Assembly: GCF_000315625.1 (NCBI RefSeq)
Contig: NW_005434421.1
Coordinates: forward strand, 1-46,098
Length of the DNA: 46,098 nucleotides
DNA from: Guillardia theta CCMP2712
Lineage: Eukaryota > Protista > Cryptophyta
Direction of reading: 5' to 3'
The translations under genes were made by a program, and so were the position numbers. Shown piece after piece: positions 38,330-46,098 of this stretch (positions are counted from its first letter, which is position 1; each line of letters opens with the position of its first letter). The notes under the pieces are model-generated. The model made no database searches. It had not been told where the DNA came from and saw only the letters and a program-made list of their open reading frames with translations.

Positions 38330-41300
38330 GGGGGACACTATGCAAGATACAGGGGTAATGTCAGAAAAGGGGGTGGGGTGCCTTTGGGGAGCAAAAATAG
38401 GGGGTAGGGGTACTCTCATCTTCTAACTCGCGCCAAGCTTGCTTCACAGATCCCCATATTCGTAATAAAAACAGGGGTTATAAAAGGATCGACGGTGTCT
38501 TCCCCCAGGGGAAGAATAATGGAGGGGTAGGGGTCCATTTTCAATTGACGGTGGGTTTATCTTTCACTACCCGTACTTTTCTCTTGAAACACCCACCCTT
38601 GGAGGAATCTTAGTAGTGAGCAGACATTCAATTTTTATAATTTCCTGCTATGGCTAGGCAAGGGTCCTTCCCCCAGTCCCGATTCCCCAGGAACTTCAGT
38701 TCTGTGCCAAATCCTCTGATGAAATTTGAAATTATAGATCAAACTCTGGTCGCCCGGGGCCCGGGCCGTGACTCGCTGCACACTGAGTGTCCGATGCCAT
38801 CGGTCATCATTGGGGCGGCGGGGGCCGGGGCCTGGGCCGGACGGCGGCCCGTTTGCACGGGCGGCGCCGCCGATCACGGGCCGATCACGGGCCGATCACG
38901 GCCGGGCGGCCGGGCCGCGACACCGTCACGTGGCAGTGCTGCCGGTGACCGGGCGGTGGCAACTTCCGTTCCGAGTTCGGAACTCGGAAGCCGGCACACT
39001 GTGACACGCCCGCCGGGCGCCTTCGGCGGACTGAGTCCCGGCCCCCCGGGCCCTTCCACGCTTCCCGGGAGCCTGCGAGTCCGGGACTGAGCTTCCCGGC
39101 CCGGGCCTGCCAGTCCCGGCTCCCACTGAGCCTCGGAGTCCGACCGTCACGCCGGTCGGGCTCGCCGGGCGCGGCCCTGCCAGGCTGAGCCTGTGCCTTG
39201 CCCTTACAAGGTGCTGTACTCAGGCCGAGTCCGCTCTCCGGTGATTGGCTTCCGGCGAGCCCCGGGCCCGGCCTTTGGGTCACCGGGTGACCGAGTCACT
39301 CAGCGGCGGCAGTGCGGCCCGCCGGCCCTTGAGTCAGTCACGGGGCCGACTGACTCAGTGAAAGCCGCGCGCAAAGTCTAAGTTCCGATCAGTGGACTCA
39401 CAGTCTTCAAGTTTGCCAGTTCAACGGTTGCCCGGCGCAGTGCAGATAACTTGCCGCAGTGCCCGGTGCCAGTCAAGCCCTACTCGGACGGTGACTCCCG
39501 ACGCCGCCCGGGCCGCCGGGGCGCGGCCCGGCCGCCCGGCCGCGTCTGGCAGTGCCACTGTCCGAGAGTCCGACCGTACGGTACGGTCTCGGACGGTACG
39601 GTACGGTGACTGTACGGTCACAGCGCCGGGCCCGGGTACCGCCGTGTTAGTGACTCGGAACTTTTACCGTGGGCGGCCCGAACCGTATCCGAGGCTGCCC
39701 GGCGAACTTACAGGTGACCACTCGGATTCAAGTTCGGACACCGTCCAACAAAGTCCGATCTGGCAACTTGCAAAGGTTGCAAGGTAGCATCCAATCAGGA
39801 TGTGCGGACAACACCCACTGAGGGGCCCTCCTTATCTTACTTGAGGCCTCAATCGAATAATTGCCCAGCTGCGCCCTGGGGGCTCGGGATGTCACTGGCT
39901 GCCAAGAGACCACCCCTCTCTTTCCATACTTGAACCCCTGGGATTCGATGATACACCCCCTTGCAATCTTTATTACTTGGGGGCGGTACGTTCTGAACCG
40001 ATCGAATGACCCCTACCCCCAGGCTTTCAGTCCCCCTATCTTCTGGCACACCCTGCACGAGCGAGGTAAACCACCCCTTCTTTCAAATGAAGACTACCCT
40101 AGGAATGATGGGTGATGATAATGTTCCTTTCGAAGAACAATTCCATGTTCACTCATACATCACCACATCTCCCCCTCCCACCCTACCCTTTTACGAACGA
40201 GGAAACACCGGTCTGTGAGTGGTCATTTTGTAGTCATTTGATGGGGTGTAAACCTGTTTCACCACCCCCCACCAAGTCGTGTTTCCGTCAACATGTACCC
40301 CTATCTCTCTATCTCAGGCTACCCCTCATTTCAGTCCCTCCGCTTACCTGTCAGCAGTGCCGTCTGGGGTGGGTAAATAGCATGTCGAAAAAGAGTCTTT
40401 TCACCCTAAAAAACATTGCATGCCTACGTCCAGACATGCATCAGGTCCCCATGAAATTGCTGGACCACCCTACCTTATGCATCGTCAACCACCCACCTAT
40501 GTCCAAGGATGAAAATTACCTACCCACCCTTTCCCTCTTTTTACCCCTACCCCCTTCTAATATGACACTGGTAGTGTATGACCCCACCCGCAATTTACCG
40601 CAGACAGCCACAACAACGATACCCTCCAGTCATTTCGGTCTGGTTTACTATGCAGCCCACTCGAAAAAAACTGTGGAATGACTACCCTGACTTCAACATA
40701 GTCTACCCCTATCCCCTTGACCAACATGACCCACCTACCTTTTGCGACCCTACCAGCACGCCAGCTCCCCAAAAAATTACGCATGACCCTACCCTGATTT
40801 TCCTTAACCCTACATTTGTCTGACCCCTACCCCCCTTGGAAAAGATCCTATACCCCTCGCCTGGTTGATTGATCTCGTCTCGGACCTACCCTACCAGTCA
40901 ATAATCATGAGCCAAAAGACCGGGGAATACCACCCTACCTCACGGACACTCTTCTTTCATATCACCCCCCCATCTTTTTCCTCCTAAAAATGGACTGTTG
41001 GCAACCATTCACACCCACCCCCTTTGTGACCACCCCTTCGGACAACACTCCTTATCAAGGCAATAACATGATGGATTGTGGGGTGGTCAGGAAGGGGTAT
41101 GGGTGGGTGGTGGTAGGGTAGAAAGTCTGAATGACCATATATTGGGTGAAGGTGTAGGGTCAGAAGGTAATGGCTCCTCATCCGGGACATTTTCCGGTGG
41201 CAGGCTTCTTGTGTTGCAATTTCAAATTTACCATATGAATATTGAAAATTCCAAAATCACAAAATTTCAAATATCGGCTTTTATTTCAGACAGCACCCTG

Positions 41301-41950
41301 ATCTACAAATTGGAGGCCAAAAACAACTCTGAGTGACCAGCGGACCCCCTACGCCGCTGAAGACCCCTTTCCCCCAACGATAACCCACCCTCCGACTCTC
41401 CCCACCCACCAGGACGAAGGGCCTCTACACTACCCTCTAGTCCAAACATATCTGATCACCCTGCAGAAGAAGTACCCCCTTGGTCACCACCCTTCATAAT
41501 CCGCGAGTACCCAGAGGCAACAATTCTCGAGGACGCTGCTGGTCAGTCCAGGATGACTCCTTCGAGCCTACCCCTCTTTTCCTATTGCACGAGCTGATTT
41601 TTCTTGCAGCCTCTTTGAAGGAATTAACCTTCCAACCCCCCCCTTCTACAGCACACCCCAAATTTTGAATACCACCCTGTCTGTCAAAGAAGTGAACCTG
41701 TCTGCTCTGAGCCCCCACCCACCATATTAAACCACCCACCATGTGAGTTTCACCACCCCACCACCAGAACTATCAGATTCCACCCTCACCCCGACCCCCA
41801 TAGCCCCTCTACAACCTCCTTTTCCACTCCCTCCGATCCCTCTCCTCTCCTTGCTCTCTCTCTCTCTCTCCCACTCCGTTCCTATACCATCCTCCCTCCC
41901 TCATTCCTCTCATTCCCATCCTCCTGGATCCTCCCCTTCCAGTCTCCCCT
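38330..41950. repeat. Composite non-genic block: G-rich flank, ~1 kb GC/CpG-rich palindromic core (38750-39720), ~2 kb C-rich ACCCCT tract
   Basis: Sharp compositional transitions, a tandem CCGATCACGGG x3 and CGTACGGTACGG words. No credible spliced gene. Confidence 0.6.
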
Positions 41951-42086
41951 CCCCTTGACAAAATCGTTTGCATCCAAGAAAACCTCCTGCGATCAGCTTG
42001 GCTGACAGAGGATCTACATCTCGTAGGAAGGTGCTGCCTTCGCGGCCTCCTTTTGCAGAGCTAAACCCCCTCCAAAGGTATAAAAC

Positions 42087-45000
42087 ATGCCGTTCATCAA
42101 CACTGGCGGCGTCTTCAAGGAAGAGGAGCCTGGAGTCTTCCAGCTTGCTCGAAAATCGCTCGAGTTTTCCCGCAGATCGCTGGATGCGGGCAGAAGATCT
42201 CGTGACTCTCGTCCATCGGGAGAGAAGAAGAGAAGCCATGACTTGGAGATGGGTTCTGTTGCAGAAGAACAGGTTGCATCTGCAGCCAAGAGGGTTTCCC
42301 TCGAAGTTCAGCGCATTTCTGTTGAAATGCAGAGAAAGAAGTCTCAAGAGGTTGTGGACGAAGATGATGAGAAGGAGAACAAAGTGGAGTTCACCCCCGC
42401 TCCCAAGGATGGCTTGACTTCCCATGAAGCTGAAGAACTGCTCAAGAAGTGGGGCAAGAACGAACTCGTTGAGAAAGTCACTCCCAAGTGGCTCATCTTT
42501 CTTCGCCTCCTGACAGGGCCCATGCCCATCATGCTCTGGATTGCTTCCCTTATTGAGCTCATTATTGGAAATTATGCCGATATGGCGATCCTTCTTATTA
42601 TCCAGTTTACCAACGCTGGCATCTCCTTCTACGAGACCACCAAGGCTGGTGACGCTGTTGCAGCGCTCAAGGCTTCACTGAAGCCCCGTGCCACTTGCAA
42701 ACGTGACGGTCAGTGGCAAGACATCGATGCAACCCTCCTCGTCCCCGGCGACCTCGTTCTTCTCGCTGCTGGCTCTGCCGTTCCCGCTGATTGCTACGTG
42801 AACGAAGGTATGATTGAGGTTGATCAGTCTGCGATGACGGGGGAGTCTCTCCCTGTGAAGTTCCGTCGTGGAGATGTCTGCAAGCTCGGCTCCAACGTTG
42901 TTAGGGGAGAGACTGAAGGTACAGTCGAGACTACAGGACAGAACACTTTCTTCGGCAAGACTGCTCAGATGCTTCAGTCTGTTGGCAATGATGGTGGAAG
43001 CCTTCAGATCTTGCTCATGAGGATCATGTTGATTCTTGTGGTGCTCTCCCTGACGCTCTGTATCATTGCGCTTATCTACCTCATTGTCGAGGGAAGGAGA
43101 GCCAACAAAGAACGCGTCGAAGCACACAAGAAGGCAGATAGTGAGATTGTCAAAGAGTCGCTGAGCTTTGCCGTGGTGGTTCTGGTTGCTTCCATCCCCC
43201 TGGCGATTGAGATCGTGACCACCACCACTCTCGCTCTTGGCTCGAGGCAGTTGTCGGCTCGCGGTGCCATCGTGACTCGTCTTGGATCGATCGAGGAGAT
43301 GGCGGGCATGGACATGCTCTGCTCGGACAAGACCGGAACGCTGACGCTGAACAAGGTGAGCTTTGTGCGAGGTTGCGAGTGCGAGTGGCTGACGGTGCTA
43401 TGGTAGATGGTGATCCAAGAGGACTGTCCGACGTACAGCCCCGGGGAGACGTACGAGTCGGTGCTATTCCAGGCGGCGCTTGCGGCGAAGTGGAAGGAGC
43501 CTCCTCGTGATGCGCTGGACACGATGGTGCTGAAGACGTCAGGGCAGGATCTGTCCAAGTGCGACGCCTACACCCAGCTGGACTTTCAGCCGTTTGATCC
43601 TCGTCTCAAGAGGACTGAGGGGAAGCTTCAAGGCCCTGACGGAAAGATTTTCCGTATCACCAAAGGAGCCCCGCACGTGATCCTCAACATGTGCCACAAC
43701 AAGGATGAGATCAAGCCTCTTGTAGACGCCAAGGTGCACGAGCTCGGAACCCGAGGCATCCGATCCCTGGCGTTGGCGAGGATGGACGACGAGGATGGGA
43801 AGTGGAGGATGCTTGGGATCTTGACCTTCCTGGATCCCCCTCGCCCCGACACTAAGCACACCATCGAGAAATGCCATGAATTTGGAGTGTACGTGAAGAT
43901 GATCACTGGAGATCACCTGGTGAGAGCGAGGAGGAGGAAGGATCAGGGGGGGATGGTGACATGTGTGTGCAGGTGATCGCGAAGGAGACTGCACGCGTGC
44001 TCGGAATGGGTCAGGACATCTTCGGTTCAGATGGTCTTCCAGTGCTCGGAGAGGGAGGGTCAGTACCCGACGATCTTGTTGAGCAGTACGGCACCAAGAT
44101 CTGTCCCGCGGACGGCTTTGCCTCAGTGTTTCCGGAGCACAAGTACCTCATCGTGGAGACTCTGAGGAAGGCTGGCTTCAGGGTCGGGATGACGGGAGAC
44201 GGAGTGAACGACGCGCCAGCCTTGAAGCGCGCGGACGTTGGGATTGCTGTGCAGGGCGCTACAGATGCGGCAAGAGCAGCGGCAGACATTGTGCTGACGG
44301 GAGAGGGACTGAGCGTGGTCGTGGACGGCATTGTCATCAGCCGAGAGATCTTCACCCGTCTCAAGAACTTCATCTCATATCGTATCGCGGCCACCCTTCA
44401 GCTCCTCACCTTCTTCTTCATCGCTGTCTTTGCGTTCCCTCCTCTTCACTACTACCGTGCGAACGGCTTTGTGGAGAACACGGTTAAGTACGGCAACACC
44501 TACATGAACCTTCCGAGGAAGAACACCTACTGCCCGACGGGCTACGAGAACCTGACGTCGGTCAAGACGAGACTGAACATCAGCGACATCACTCCGCTGT
44601 TCTCGTATCCAGAGCAGTTCCCGGCTGGCTGCGACATCCTCCTCCCCATCTGTGAAAGATCAACGGCGAACGTGAGTGCATGGAGTGGCCGGCCTTCTTC
44701 CAGCTGCCCGTGCTCATGCTCATGCTTATCACCCTGCTCAACGACGGCGCACTCATCTCTATCGGATATGACGCGGTGAACCCCAGCACCGTCCCCGAGC
44801 AGTGGAACCTTACCAGACTCTTCGTGGTTGCCATCGTCCTCGCAGCGGTTGCATGCGGGTCCTCCCTCCTCCTCCTCTTCTGCGCTTTGGACTCGAACAA
44901 TCCTAACGGCGTCTTCGCGTCCATGGGCATCCCTCCCATGGAGTACGGCAAGATCATCTGCATGATCTACCTCAAGGTTTCTCTCTCGGACTTCTTGACG

Positions 45001-45357
45001 CTCTTCTCTTGCCGCACACAGGAGGCTCCCTTCTTCTCCCACACCCCCGGCAAGCCCCTTATGGTCGCCGTGGTTGTCTCCCTTACTATCTCTACCTTCC
45101 TCGCCTCCTACTGGCCTGAGGGAAGTCTCGACGGGCTGCCTGTGATGGGACTTGCGCGAGGGACGTACAAGTTGATGCCACTGTGGATTTGGATCTACTG
45201 TATCATCTGGTGGTTCATTCAGGACATCTTCAAGATCATCACCATCCGCACCATCCTCAAGTATGATCTCTTCCCCTTCAACAAGCCCGACATGCACATG
45301 TGGAAGCAGAAGGCTGGACTGCAGGACAACCCTAACGATCCTCATTACAAAGTTTAA
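42087..45357 (+). CDS. PMA1: Plasma-membrane H+-ATPase (P3A); two introns plus an apparent 1-nt frameshift near 44655
   Basis: DQSAMTGES, ASIPLA, CSDKTGTLT, KGAP, DPPRPD, MITGDH, TGDGVNDAPALKRADVGIAV, and ITLLNDG (proton-acceptor Asp). Confidence 0.96.
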
Positions 45358-45455
45358 CCAGGAGAGTTGTCTGCGCTTCTCTCTGTTGATATTTACAATA
45401 AATCTAAGACTTGCAAGTTGACATTGAGTTCCCCTCTTCTGTTGTCCACTAACAC

Positions 45456-46098
45456 TCACAGTGACTGACCTGCACGAGGCTTCTGAACTGGTTTAGCGCA
45501 CAGACGCACCTTCCGAAGTTCATCGCATCCTCTGGGCCTCGTCACGTTGCTCGTTCCTCTCTCACGTGACTGATTAGCGGTCCGTCCCATGACAGTGATG
45601 CCGCACTGACGCTCTGGCCAGTCACACAAGCTGCTGTCAGTCAAGTGTCAGTACCTGACTCACCCGATCTTCATGATCCGCCAGCCTCACGTTGGCCCAC
45701 CCGGTCCGATCACCGGCCCGGCCGGCCGGGCGGCTTCCGCAGGCCCGCCGGGTCTCCGGACTGTGTCCTACGTTTGTTTTACCAAGATTCCTCAGGTTTA
45801 TACAACAAAGATGGTTGTGGAGCCGAAGCAAGAAAAGAGATGCGAGGAGGGGGAGGAGGAGGAGGAGGAGGAGGGATGAGAAGATGATAGAGGGAGGGAG
45901 TTGAGAGAAGGAGGAGGGAGATGAGAGAAACGTGAAGGGTGAAGGAGGATAGCGAGAAAGAGCAGTCGGTGAAACTTTTGCTGACTTCCTTTCGCAGATG
46001 TCACTGACTAGCTGTAACTTCACCCTCCTCCTCCTCCTCCTCCTCCTCCTCTCCCTTCCTCCACCAACTGGAACGTCGAGTGCATCTGGAACCCCCAC
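45456..46098 (-). CDS. Possible 3' part of a gene extending beyond the window
   Basis: Exon-like segments separated by pyrimidine-rich introns. Overlaps a small GC-rich island (45690-45760). Confidence 0.25.

Noticed and set aside
38635-39787. Overlapping Arg/Pro/Gly-rich ORFs
   Set aside because: Expected by chance in very GC-rich DNA, with no motifs.
44542-45459. 305-aa minus-strand ORF
   Set aside because: Antisense shadow of the H+-ATPase.
1-46098. tRNA/rRNA genes
   Set aside because: None recognisable by eye. A covariance-model scan was not possible.

Overview
Left end of a eukaryotic nuclear chromosome. It starts with a (CCCTAAA)n telomere and continues as gene-dense sequence with many short (~40-70 nt) introns and purine/pyrimidine microsatellites. 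The style suggests a cryptophyte alga such as Guillardia, but this is an inference. Genes were recognised by manual splicing: DUF1415 protein, cytoplasmic dynein-1 light intermediate chain, a secreted NXPE/PC-esterase-like SGNH protein, a UCP4-like mitochondrial carrier, an RNI-like LRR protein, ALG9, a novel five-repeat MPKFEMPKMPW protein, an Mn-SOD, the fluoride exporter FEX, an ankyrin protein, a P3A H+-ATPase and several unassigned genes. Highlights: (1) a ~190-bp non-LTR retrotransposon RT fragment embedded inside the telomeric array; (2) a gene whose ATG lies 12 nt from telomeric repeats; (3) a sticker-and-spacer repeat protein built from alternating micro-exons; (4) an Mn-SOD with a signal-like leader, N-glycosylation sequons and a C-terminal KTEL, whose stop codon and AATAAA region is tandemly amplified ~11x; (5) recurrent GC-rich palindromic islands paired with strand-skewed ACCCCT tracts. 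Exon boundaries are read by eye, and no database searches were run.
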